Source of the DNA: an uncultured Bacillota bacterium
GTDB taxonomy: Bacteria > Bacillota_I > Bacilli_A > RF39 > UBA660
Direction of reading: 5' to 3'
Length of the DNA stretch: 64,000 nt
NCBI GenBank assembly: GCA_946611635.1
Contig: CAMODW010000001.1
Location: 10,829 to 74,828 of the forward strand
Positions 19,296-27,924 of this stretch are shown here, piece after piece. The notes beneath the pieces were generated by a model, which did not search any database, was not told the DNA's origin, and worked only from the letters and a program-made list of their open reading frames with translations. The position numbers were made by a program, and so were the translations under genes. Numbering within the stretch: the first letter of the stretch is position 1; each line of letters starts with the position of its first letter.

Positions 19296-20085
19296 AATAT
19301 TATTAGTGTTAGATAATCCTCTATATTTAAATGATTATAGGAAAGTAGGCGTTACTACTTTTCTTTTTCCTTTAAAGGGATTCTGTGTAGGCTATAGGGA
19401 ATATAGTTTAGATGAAATAAATAAAATAGATGTTTCAAATAAGTATTTATTAGTAAATAGGGTTTTAGATTGTAAAGATATAGATGCTTTTAAAAAGATA
19501 ATTGCAAATTTTCAAGGAATTAAAGGGATACTTTTTGAAGATATTGGAGTATATCAAAGTTTAAAAAATGTTAATTATTCTGGTGAAATGATTTTATTTC
19601 AAAATCATTTTAATTGTAATCAAAAATCTATTGATTTTTGGCTTGATAGGGTTAATAGTGTAGTAGTAAGTAATGAACTTACTTATAAAGAATTAGAATA
19701 CATTGCTAGTAATGTAAAAGGAGAGATTGTTCTTCATTTATATGGTTATAATCAAGTTATGTATTCTAGAAGAAAACTTTTAACTAATTTTTATAATGAG
19801 TTTGAATTAGATAAGCATGATAAGAGAGTGATTGAGGATAAGGCTACTCACGTAAAGTTTAGAGCTTATGAGAATGAATATGGTACTGTTATGTATTCAG
19901 AAAAAATATTTAATGGGCATAAATTATTAAATTTGGATAATGTTAAATATTTTTATGTTAATAGCACCTTAATAAATCACGATCTTTTAATGAGTTTTTT
20001 GAAAGATGTTAATAGGCCGCTTGATAATGAAGAAGATGATGGCTTCTTAGAAAAAGAAACAATATATAAATTGAAGGAGAGGTAG
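19285..20085 (+). CDS. trhP1: U32-peptidase-related protein, YrrN-like
   Basis: Position between the yrrM-like and yrrO-like genes, about 266 aa. The assignment rests mainly on synteny with B. subtilis yrrN. Confidence 0.55.
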   Translation: MISKILLVLDNPLYLNDYRKVGVTTFLFPLKGFCVGYREYSLDEINKIDVSNKYLLVNRVLDCKDIDAFKKIIANFQGIKGILFEDIGVYQSLKNVNYSGEMILFQNHFNCNQKSIDFWLDRVNSVVVSNELTYKELEYIASNVKGEIVLHLYGYNQVMYSRRKLLTNFYNEFELDKHDKRVIEDKATHVKFRAYENEYGTVMYSEKIFNGHKLLNLDNVKYFYVNSTLINHDLLMSFLKDVNRPLDNEEDDGFLEKETIYKLKER

Positions 20086-20086
20086 T

Positions 20087-21274
20087 ATGGAAAGAATAGA
20101 ATTATTGGCTCCTTCTGGTAATTTAGAAAGGCTTAAAATAGCATTACTATATGGTGCTGATGCAGTCTATATTGGAGGCCAAGATTATAGTTTAAGAGCT
20201 AATGCTAAGAATTTTAGTATTGATGATATAAGAGAAGCGGTATCTTTTGCTCATAATCTTCATAAAAGAGTATATGTTACTGTTAATATTGTTTTTCATG
20301 ATAGTAATCTGGCTGGTTTAAAAGAATATATGCTTACTTTGGATGAAATAGGAGTAGATGCTTTTATAGTCTCAGATGTAATAGTTATGCAACTTATGAA
20401 AGAACTTAGTATAAAAGCAGAACTTCATGTTAGTACGCAAGCTTCTAGTTTGAATTATGAAGCGGTAAATTTTTATAAGGATCTTGGGGCTACAAGAGTT
20501 GTGCTTGCTAGAGAGGCACATAAGAGTGATATTCTTAGAATAAAAGAAGAAACTGGTCTTGAATTAGAGTGTTTTGTTCATGGAGCTATGTGCACTTCTA
20601 TATCTGGTAGATGCGTGCTTTCTAATTATGCTACTCTTAGAGATAGCAATAGAGGTGGATGTGCTCAAGTATGTAGATTTGTTTTTGATATAGAGGATTC
20701 TAATCAAGTGTTTAGTATGACTCCTAAAGACTTAAATATGGTTTCTGTATTAGAAGAGATGATAAAGGTAGGAGTTAATTCTTTTAAAGTAGAAGGAAGA
20801 ATGAGAAGTGTATATTATATAGCTACAGTTATATATACTTATAGAAGGTTAATAGATAGAGTTTTAAATCATAATATTGATTCTAAATATACGGATTATT
20901 CTTTAAAAATACTTAATAGATGCGCTAATAGAGATAGTGTAGAACAATTTTTTAACAAAATACCTTCTAATAAGGAACAATATTTTCTTGGTAGAGATGA
21001 AGAGAGCAATAAAGATTTTTTAGGAATAGTTTTGGACTATAATAAAGATAATAACATGGTAACACTAGAACAAAGAAATTATTTTAAAACGGGCGATGTT
21101 GTTGAATTTTTTGGTCCTAATTTAGAACCTACATCTTTTATTATTCCTGATGAATTATATGACGAAAAAGAGAATTTGATTGATGTTGCGAGACATCCAA
21201 AAATGATTGTGAGATTTAAATGTCCTATAACGCTTAGAAAAGATGATATGATGCGTGTTGAACTTAAGTTTTAG
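20087..21274 (+). CDS. trhP2: Peptidase U32 family protein, YrrO-like
   Basis: ELLAPSGNLERLKIALLYGADAVYIGGQDYSLRANAKNF, HGAMC.SISGRC.LS and EGRM are typical U32 motifs. Confidence 0.8.
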   Translation: MERIELLAPSGNLERLKIALLYGADAVYIGGQDYSLRANAKNFSIDDIREAVSFAHNLHKRVYVTVNIVFHDSNLAGLKEYMLTLDEIGVDAFIVSDVIVMQLMKELSIKAELHVSTQASSLNYEAVNFYKDLGATRVVLAREAHKSDILRIKEETGLELECFVHGAMCTSISGRCVLSNYATLRDSNRGGCAQVCRFVFDIEDSNQVFSMTPKDLNMVSVLEEMIKVGVNSFKVEGRMRSVYYIATVIYTYRRLIDRVLNHNIDSKYTDYSLKILNRCANRDSVEQFFNKIPSNKEQYFLGRDEESNKDFLGIVLDYNKDNNMVTLEQRNYFKTGDVVEFFGPNLEPTSFIIPDELYDEKENLIDVARHPKMIVRFKCPITLRKDDMMRVELKF

Positions 21275-21282
21275 ATTAGAAA

Positions 21283-21328
21283 AATTATGTTAAATTTGTT
21301 TGACTTTTTAACATAATTGTAGTATTCT
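21283..21328 (+). promoter_or_regulatory. 12-bp inverted repeat enclosing the -35 of a candidate greA promoter
   Basis: Arms at 21283-21294 (aattatgttaaa) and 21307-21318 (tttaacataatt). TTGACT at 21300-21305 lies in the loop. TATTCT at 21323-21328 follows a 17-nt spacer. No T-tract follows the hairpin. Confidence 0.4.
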
Positions 21329-21360
21329 TATGAAGTGTTTTGAAGGAGATACGATTTAAA

Positions 21361-21831
21361 ATGAAAAAAGCCGAAGAAATTCTTTTAACAGCAAGTGGAT
21401 ATGCAGAATTGGAAGCTGAACTTAATGACTTACGTGTTAATAAAAGAGCAGAAAATGTTCAAGCAATAAAAGAAGCTAGAAGTCATGGAGATTTATCAGA
21501 AAATTCAGAATACGATGCTGCTAGAGATGAACAAGCTAAAATAGAAGCTAGAATACAAGAATTAGAATATAAATTAGAACATGCACAAATTATAGACTCT
21601 ACTGATAAATCAACTGTTAATGTTGGTTGTGAAGTAACTCTATTATATGTAGATGATGAAGAAGAAGAAAAATATTATATTGTTGGAAGTTTAGAAGCTG
21701 ATCCTTTTGAAAATAAGATTAGTAATGAATCACCTATTGGGGCTGCTATTATTGGAAAAAAGGTTGGAGATGTAGTATCTGTAAATGCTAATGGTACTTC
21801 TTATGATGTAAAGATTTTGGCAATAGCTTAA
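21361..21831 (+). CDS. greA: Transcription elongation factor GreA
   Basis: LT..GY..L..EL..L, the coiled-coil region HGDLSENSEYDAARDEQ and C-terminal ISNESPIGAAIIGKKVGD. Start set to ATG 21361, after AAGGAG. Confidence 0.9.
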   Translation: MKKAEEILLTASGYAELEAELNDLRVNKRAENVQAIKEARSHGDLSENSEYDAARDEQAKIEARIQELEYKLEHAQIIDSTDKSTVNVGCEVTLLYVDDEEEEKYYIVGSLEADPFENKISNESPIGAAIIGKKVGDVVSVNANGTSYDVKILAIA

Positions 21832-21846
21832 ACTATTGCTTTTTTT
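21820..21846 (+). terminator. Rho-independent terminator after greA
   Basis: gcaatag / ctattgc with the TAA stop in the loop, then a T7 run. Confidence 0.65.
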
Positions 21847-21847
21847 G

Positions 21848-21856
21848 TGGTATAAT
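21848..21856 (+). promoter_or_regulatory. Extended -10 promoter element (TGgTATAAT)
   Basis: TGgTATAAT lies about 30 nt upstream of ATG 21887. GGAGG SD follows. Confidence 0.45.
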
Positions 21857-21886
21857 GATGGTATAGTAAATTTGGAGGTATTATAG

Positions 21887-22435
21887 ATGGCCAAGAGTAT
21901 TTTAAGTAGATTTTTTTTTAGTGATTCGAAACAAGGCAGTAATGAAGAGGAACTAAAAAAGACTAATCCTATTCGGTGGTTTTTAGAACGTAGTATAAAA
22001 AAAGCTCTTTCTCGGGAATGTTATATTTACTTGATTTTTCCTGATGGAAGTGTTTATCAGGAATATTGCAATACACACGGTGACCGAATTAGAGATGCTA
22101 TAAAAAATAAATTTGGTAATATAGATAATCTTTTTCCTTCTAATGATATTGGTGAAGCTGCTGCCAAACATTATGGTACTATGTGTTTTCGATTAGCTTC
22201 TCCTTTGCTTGCCCCTTGTGTTCTTAATTATCCTGATGAACCAACTGAAGCTCAATTAGTAGGTTTAGAAAAGTTTAAAACAATGTTTGATGATTATACT
22301 ATTAATAATCCTGATTATCCTACACAGGTTAAATTTAAGCATCCAGAAACTCTTGACGAAGAGACTGATTTAAAAGTGTTATTAGATTATTATGGGGAAA
22401 AATATGACTCTTCATCTAGTATGAACTTACACTAA
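21887..22435 (+). CDS. Hypothetical cytoplasmic protein
   Basis: 182-codon ORF with its own extended -10 and GGAGG SD. No motif recognised. Confidence 0.5.
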   Translation: MAKSILSRFFFSDSKQGSNEEELKKTNPIRWFLERSIKKALSRECYIYLIFPDGSVYQEYCNTHGDRIRDAIKNKFGNIDNLFPSNDIGEAAAKHYGTMCFRLASPLLAPCVLNYPDEPTEAQLVGLEKFKTMFDDYTINNPDYPTQVKFKHPETLDEETDLKVLLDYYGEKYDSSSSMNLH

Positions 22436-22498
22436 TATTTTGATAATGTTTAATAATTGTAAATCATTTTAATTAATCATTTCCTTTTTTTTCTTTTT

Positions 22499-22507
22499 TG
22501 GTATAAT
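22499..22507 (+). promoter_or_regulatory. Extended -10 promoter element (TGgTATAAT)
   Basis: TGgTATAAT lies 25 nt upstream of ATG 22532. Confidence 0.45.
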
Positions 22508-22531
22508 GATTATAGTAGAGGTGTTGAAAAA

Positions 22532-23203
22532 ATGAAAAAGATGAAAATTTTATTTGCATTCATGATGTTTGCAGTAGTAGGTATGGTTAGTGCGGAAAAT
22601 ATTCCAGTAGCTGATATAGTTGCTAAATTCCAACAAAATTCTAGCTATAGTGTAACTAATAAAGCTGATGGATCAGAGTTTACAGTTAATACAGGAGCTA
22701 CAAGTTTTAATTATCGTTATTCGCAAACAGATAATGTATTAACTTATAACTATTCCCCTGGAGTAGAGTTGAGCAATGTTATTTCTTCTGACGATGTTTT
22801 AGCTTATATAGTTGAATTATCTTCTAATGCACAAGCATATAAAGATGCAAAAGCAGCACATCCTGAAGTAACTACTGTTAGTTATGGAAATGGCTGTGAT
22901 TTAACAAATATGGGATTTTGTTACAATAGTGAAACAGGTGAAATGAAAGTTGTATTAAGCAATCAATTTACTACTTATTTGTATAATTATTATTCTAATG
23001 GAGGTAATGTTCCTGCTAATACAATAAATGATGATAATACTAAAAATAGTGTTGATCCTGTTGCTATAGAAGAAACTACTGGGGATGCAAAGAATCCTAA
23101 TACTGGTTCATTTACAGAAATTGGTATAATTGTTGGATTATTAGCTTTATTAGTAATTGTTATTAATCTAAAAAAACGTAGTGAAACTGAATTTAAAATA
23201 TAG
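22532..23203 (+). CDS. Secreted protein with a sortase-type C-terminal sorting signal (NPNTG variant)
   Basis: Signal peptide MKKMKILFAFMMFAVVGMVSA. The C-terminus is DAKNPNTG, then the hydrophobic stretch SFTEIGIIVGLLALLVIVI, then the basic tail NLKKRSE. Confidence 0.65.
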   Translation: MKKMKILFAFMMFAVVGMVSAENIPVADIVAKFQQNSSYSVTNKADGSEFTVNTGATSFNYRYSQTDNVLTYNYSPGVELSNVISSDDVLAYIVELSSNAQAYKDAKAAHPEVTTVSYGNGCDLTNMGFCYNSETGEMKVVLSNQFTTYLYNYYSNGGNVPANTINDDNTKNSVDPVAIEETTGDAKNPNTGSFTEIGIIVGLLALLVIVINLKKRSETEFKI

Positions 23204-23227
23204 AAAGTTCTAAATGAACTTTTTTTA
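23204..23227 (+). terminator. Rho-independent terminator
   Basis: aaagttc / gaacttt, 5-nt loop, T run. Confidence 0.65.
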
Positions 23228-23256
23228 TTGCTATTATTTTGTTAGTAAGATATAAT
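23228..23256 (+). promoter_or_regulatory. Candidate sigma-A promoter for tig
   Basis: TTGCTA (23228-23233), 17-nt spacer, TATAAT (23251-23256). Confidence 0.5.
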
Positions 23257-23282
23257 ATTGTGGTGTTAAGGAGAGATATTTA

Positions 23283-24536
23283 ATGAAAAATGTTCAAAAA
23301 ATAGAAACAGAAGTTAAAGGTGCAGAATGGGAAAAAATACTTGACGATACTTTTAAAAAACGTAATAAGGATTTAAAGGTAGATGGTTTTAGAAAAGGTA
23401 AATGTCCTAAGAACGTTTATTTAAAAAAATTTGGTATTGAATCTTTATTTATGGATGCTTCAGATGCTGCTTTACAAATTGCATATAAAAAAGTACTTGA
23501 TGAAAACGATATCGTTCCTGTTGTTGAACCTGCTGTAGATATAAAGAGTGTTGACAAAGATGGAATCAAATTAGAGTTTACTTTAATTACTAGACCAGAA
23601 GTTAAATTAGGCAAATATAAGGATTTGGGTATTAAGAAAGATAAAGTAACAGTTTCAAAAGAAGAATTAGAAAAAGAAGAAGCTCGTATTGCTTCTCGTT
23701 ATGCTGATATGGTGGTTAAAGAAAATGGAGAAGTTCTTGAAGGCAATACAGCTGTTATTGACTTTAAAGGATTTGTTGATGGCAAAGAATTGGACGGCGG
23801 AACTGGAACAGATTATTCTTTAGAAATAGGTTCTCATACATTTATTCCTGGTTTTGAAGAAGGGTTAATCGGAATGAAAACTGGTGAATCTAAAGACTTA
23901 AATTTGAAATTCCCAGAAGATTATACAGAAGAATTAAAGGGTAAAGATGTTAAGTTTGAAGTAACGATTAAAGAAATCAAAGAAAGAGTTTTGCCTGAAT
24001 TTAATAAAGACTTCTTTCAAGATTTAGGTTATGATAATATTTCTACAAAAGAAGAGTTTGATAAAGAAGTAAAGAAAGCTATTACTGATAAGAAAACTGA
24101 AGAAGTTAATAATAAATATTATGATGATGTAATTGCTGCTGCTTGTGATAATATGGAAGTAGAAATTAATCCAGAAATAATTGCTGATGAAGTTAAAAGA
24201 ACAAGTGATAGAATGGCTCAAAGTTTACAACAACAAGGCATTAATTTGGAAATGTACTTACAATTTACAGGAAAAACTAAAGAAGAATTTGAAAAAGATT
24301 TAGAACCTGAAGCAATTAAAAATGTTAAATCTCGTTATTTGATCGAAGAAGTTGCAAGAGCTGAAAAAATTGAGGTTACTGATAAAGAAGTTGAAGAACA
24401 TGCTGCTAAAGAAGCTGAGAAGTATGGTATAGATAAGAATGAATTCTTAAGCTATATTGGGGGACTTGATGTGGTTAAATATGATTTGAGAATGAAAAAG
24501 GCTTTATCAATTATAACTGGAGAAGAAATGAAATAA
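23283..24536 (+). CDS. tig: Trigger factor
   Basis: GFRKGKCPKNVYLKKFG ribosome-binding signature, the FKBP region VIDFKGFVDGKELDGG and a C-terminal helical arm. Confidence 0.9.
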   Translation: MKNVQKIETEVKGAEWEKILDDTFKKRNKDLKVDGFRKGKCPKNVYLKKFGIESLFMDASDAALQIAYKKVLDENDIVPVVEPAVDIKSVDKDGIKLEFTLITRPEVKLGKYKDLGIKKDKVTVSKEELEKEEARIASRYADMVVKENGEVLEGNTAVIDFKGFVDGKELDGGTGTDYSLEIGSHTFIPGFEEGLIGMKTGESKDLNLKFPEDYTEELKGKDVKFEVTIKEIKERVLPEFNKDFFQDLGYDNISTKEEFDKEVKKAITDKKTEEVNNKYYDDVIAAACDNMEVEINPEIIADEVKRTSDRMAQSLQQQGINLEMYLQFTGKTKEEFEKDLEPEAIKNVKSRYLIEEVARAEKIEVTDKEVEEHAAKEAEKYGIDKNEFLSYIGGLDVVKYDLRMKKALSIITGEEMK

Positions 24537-24558
24537 AAAAGCTTAAGGCTTTTTTATT
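24537..24558 (+). terminator. Rho-independent terminator after tig
   Basis: aaaagc / gctttt, then ttatttt. Confidence 0.5.
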
Positions 24559-24601
24559 TTGCTTTATAATGTTATAATTATAATAGATGAAGAGTGGTTG
24601 A

Positions 24602-25432
24602 ATGAAAAAAGAAAATAAAAAGAATGTTAATCCTTTCATAGCTAAGTTTAGAGATAATAAACTATATTTAATATCTTTTATTATTACTTTATGTGTTTTG
24701 TCTTATTTAATATTCTTTATTATGGAGCATTCTGATGGTATTATTACTAAAAGGAATAAAAAACAACTTGAAATTATTGAGAATATTAAGAAAGCTAAGA
24801 AAGCTAATGATGGTTATTATACTCATAATGTAACTTTAAATAAGAAAGTTGATATTGGCACTTGTACAATTGATTCATATAGTTATATTTTTGAAGTAAA
24901 AGAAGGTAAATTTACTAGATATTTTAGTAATAATTGTTTAGGGGTTGTAAAACTAGGTGAGGAAACTAATATAAATGTTGTTGATTATAGTTTTACTACT
25001 AATAATATTACTTATAATAAAGATGCTTCTATTACTAGTTTGATTGAAAGCAATAATAGTAGTGTTAGTTTGTATTTTTATACTGATAGTATTGTAATGC
25101 TTAGTGATGTAGATTTGGTTTTAATTAATAATAATACGGTTTCTTATATTAATAGTGAAAATTATATAAATGATGGTGGTAACCTTAGTAAAAGATATTA
25201 TGAAAGTGAAAATGAAGATACTTTTAATTTTATAGTTTTTTATAATAAAGAAGAAGTACCTTGCTATAATGATTTATCAAGTATTAATGGCAAGGACAAA
25301 TTATATGATATTTATCAAATTCATTATAATAAAGCTCTTGGGAAGTTTGACTCGCCAAAATTAATGGTTTCTCGAATTAATGAGGATTATTGTTCAAATT
25401 ATGAAAATGATATAGATATTTTAAAGCAATAA
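24602..25432 (+). CDS. Membrane-anchored hypothetical protein with four conserved Cys (paralogue of 42333-43364)
   Basis: N-terminal TM helix (LYLISFIITLCVLSYLIFFI). Its ectodomain aligns by eye with the 42333 product. Confidence 0.5.
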   Translation: MKKENKKNVNPFIAKFRDNKLYLISFIITLCVLSYLIFFIMEHSDGIITKRNKKQLEIIENIKKAKKANDGYYTHNVTLNKKVDIGTCTIDSYSYIFEVKEGKFTRYFSNNCLGVVKLGEETNINVVDYSFTTNNITYNKDASITSLIESNNSSVSLYFYTDSIVMLSDVDLVLINNNTVSYINSENYINDGGNLSKRYYESENEDTFNFIVFYNKEEVPCYNDLSSINGKDKLYDIYQIHYNKALGKFDSPKLMVSRINEDYCSNYENDIDILKQ

Positions 25433-25449
25433 AAAAATTGCTTTTTTTT
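25424..25449 (+). terminator. Rho-independent terminator
   Basis: aagcaat / attgctt, A6 loop, T run at 25444-25449. Confidence 0.65.
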
Positions 25450-25489
25450 ATTCTATTTAGTTTACAAAAATAGAATAAAAATATATAAT
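25445..25489 (+). promoter_or_regulatory. 14-bp inverted repeat enclosing the -35 of a candidate lon promoter
   Basis: Arms at 25445-25458 (tttttattctattt) and 25468-25481 (aaatagaataaaaa). TTTACA at 25461-25466 lies in the loop. TATAAT at 25484-25489 follows a 17-nt spacer. Confidence 0.4.
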
Positions 25490-25522
25490 AAAGACTATCA
25501 GTTTTTTAGGAGGCGAAATGCT

Positions 25523-27844
25523 ATGAATAACTTACCGGTAATGCTTCTTAAGGGAATAGTACTTTTGCCATATCAGGATGTTAAATTAGATTTAAGTAGT
25601 AATATATCATCGAAAGTTATAGATGTTGCTATTAATAAATATGATAGTAATATTTTGGTTATATGCCCTGTTAATCCCTATGAAGAAGCGCCTGATATTT
25701 CTGATTTGCCTAATGTAGGAGTTGTTGGCAAAATAGTTAATAAACTTGATTTACCTAATGGTAATATAAGAATAGTTGTTTCGGGTATTAAGAGAGTAAA
25801 AATATCGCAGTTTATTCATAGAAAAGAAGATTATGATCTATTAACTTCGGAATTTGATGAGGTTGAATTGCCTAAGTTTGATGAGGTAGAAGAAACAGCT
25901 CTTAGAAGAAAGATTATCGAACTTTTAAAAGAATATATTGAAACTTCTATGTCTAGTAATAGTGTTTTGGCTAGTATTAGAAATGTTGTAGATTTGGGGA
26001 GATTAACAGATATAATAGTTTCTTTTATGCCTTTTTCTTTAAATAAAAAACTATTATATATGAGAGAACTTAATGCTTTACATAGAGCTAATGCTTTAGT
26101 TTATGATTTATCTATTGAATTACAAGTTGCTCAATTAGATGTTAAACTTGATGAAGTATTAAGAAATGAATTTGAAGAGAATCAAAGAGAATATGTTTTA
26201 AGAGAAAAATTAGAAGTTATAAAAAAAGAGCTTGGTGAAGACGAGCTTAAAGACGAGATGATTGCAGATTATTTGGAAAGAATAAATAATTTGAAAGCAT
26301 CTAGCAAATTGAAAAACAAACTTACAAATGAAGTAAAAAAATTAGATTATACAACTGAAAGTAATCCTGAAGTAAGTTCGATTAGAAACTATCTAGATTT
26401 AATTTTAGATTTACCTTTTGGTATATATAGTTCTGATGAGAAAAACTTGGATAAGATTATGGAAGTACTTAATTCTACTCATTTTGGGCTTGAAAAGGTT
26501 AAAAATAGAATTATTGAATATATTGCTGTTAAAATTAGAAATAAAGAGCTAAAAAGCCCAATATTGTGCTTTGTTGGACCTCCTGGAGTAGGTAAAACGT
26601 CTTTAGCTATAGCTATAGCTAAATGCTTAAAGAAAGAATTTTATAAGATATCGGTAGGAGGATTAAATGACGGAGCGGAACTTAATGGACATAGAAGAAC
26701 GTATATAGGAGCTTCTCCTGGAAAAATTATTCAAGCTTTAAAGAAGTGTGGCACGGCTAATCCTTTGATACTTATTGATGAAATAGATAAAATGGTTAAG
26801 GATTATAAAGGAGATCCTGCATCTGTGTTGCTTGATATTTTAGATCCTGAACAAAATTATATGTTTATTGATAATTATGTAGAGGAGCCGTTTGATTTAA
26901 AAGATGTTTTATTTATTTTGACTGCTAATAATGAAGAAGATATTCCTTCTGCTTTATATGATCGTTTAGAGATTATTGAATTATCATCTTATACTGAGTT
27001 TGAAAAGTTAGATATTGCGAAGAATTATTTGATACCTAATATTTTTAAAGAACATCTTGTTTGTAGTAAAGAAATAAAATTTAGTAATGATATTATTATG
27101 GATATAATTACGAAGTATACAAAAGAAGCTGGAGTAAGAGATTTAGATAGGAATATTAGTACTATCGTTAGGAAAATAGTAACTAATTCTGTTAAAGAAC
27201 TAAATAGTCCGATAAAAACAACTGTTAAAAAGAGTGATTTAATTAATTTTTTGGGGCCGGCAAAATATGATTTGAAGAATCAGGTTGTTACTTATCAATC
27301 AGGTCTCGTAAATGGACTTGCTTATACAACAGTTGGGGGAATGGTTATGCCTGTTGAGGCAGCTATATATTCAGGTAAAGGAGAACTTAAAATAACAGGA
27401 ATGCTTGGTCAAGTTATGGAAGAGAGTATATCGGTGGCTTTAAGTTATATCAAAAGCAATAAAAAAGAATTTGGAGTGGAAAAAGTTAATTTTGATAAAT
27501 CAGATATTCATATTCATTTTTTAGAAGGAGCTATTAAAAAAGATGGGCCTTCGGCTGGTATAGCAATTACAACATCTTTAATAAGTTTGCTTCTTGATGA
27601 GAAAGTAGATAAGACTGTAGCTATGACAGGTGAGATATCTTTACGTGGCGATATATTAAAAATTGGTGGATTAAAAGAAAAAATAATAGCGGCTTATAAT
27701 AATGGTATTAAGAAAGTATTTATACCATATGAAAACAATGTAGATGTAAATGAGATCCCAAAAATGGTTAGAGATGAAATTAAGATAATACCTGTTAAGA
27801 ATTATTTAGAAGTTTTTAATAAACTATTTAAGAAAGAGAAATAG
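25523..27844 (+). CDS. lon: ATP-dependent Lon protease (LonA type)
   Basis: LON N-domain, Walker A GPPGVGKTS, LIDEIDK, catalytic Ser in KDGPSAGIA and Lys in IGGLKEK. Confidence 0.95.
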   Translation: MNNLPVMLLKGIVLLPYQDVKLDLSSNISSKVIDVAINKYDSNILVICPVNPYEEAPDISDLPNVGVVGKIVNKLDLPNGNIRIVVSGIKRVKISQFIHRKEDYDLLTSEFDEVELPKFDEVEETALRRKIIELLKEYIETSMSSNSVLASIRNVVDLGRLTDIIVSFMPFSLNKKLLYMRELNALHRANALVYDLSIELQVAQLDVKLDEVLRNEFEENQREYVLREKLEVIKKELGEDELKDEMIADYLERINNLKASSKLKNKLTNEVKKLDYTTESNPEVSSIRNYLDLILDLPFGIYSSDEKNLDKIMEVLNSTHFGLEKVKNRIIEYIAVKIRNKELKSPILCFVGPPGVGKTSLAIAIAKCLKKEFYKISVGGLNDGAELNGHRRTYIGASPGKIIQALKKCGTANPLILIDEIDKMVKDYKGDPASVLLDILDPEQNYMFIDNYVEEPFDLKDVLFILTANNEEDIPSALYDRLEIIELSSYTEFEKLDIAKNYLIPNIFKEHLVCSKEIKFSNDIIMDIITKYTKEAGVRDLDRNISTIVRKIVTNSVKELNSPIKTTVKKSDLINFLGPAKYDLKNQVVTYQSGLVNGLAYTTVGGMVMPVEAAIYSGKGELKITGMLGQVMEESISVALSYIKSNKKEFGVEKVNFDKSDIHIHFLEGAIKKDGPSAGIAITTSLISLLLDEKVDKTVAMTGEISLRGDILKIGGLKEKIIAAYNNGIKKVFIPYENNVDVNEIPKMVRDEIKIIPVKNYLEVFNKLFKKEK

Positions 27845-27854
27845 TTTATATATA

Positions 27855-27886
27855 AGAAACATTTATATTTAAATGTTTCTTTTTTT
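27855..27886 (+). terminator. Rho-independent terminator after lon
   Basis: 10-bp stem agaaacattt / aaatgtttct, 6-nt loop, T6 run. Confidence 0.75.
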
Positions 27887-27924
27887 GTTATATAATGTTA
27901 TTAGAATATAATATAGGTGATGAT

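Noticed and set aside
21983-24221. Minus-strand ORFs 21983-22171, 23417-23614 and 24024-24221.
   Set aside because: They are antisense to the 21887 ORF and to tig, with junk-like sequences and no SD.
25518-25526. Two-codon mini-ORF ATG-CTA-TGA overlapping the lon start (cTATGAat), considered as a translational-coupling uORF.
   Set aside because: The lon ATG itself lies 9 nt from AGGAGG, which is acceptable spacing. A two-codon ORF is more likely incidental, and I have no supporting evidence.
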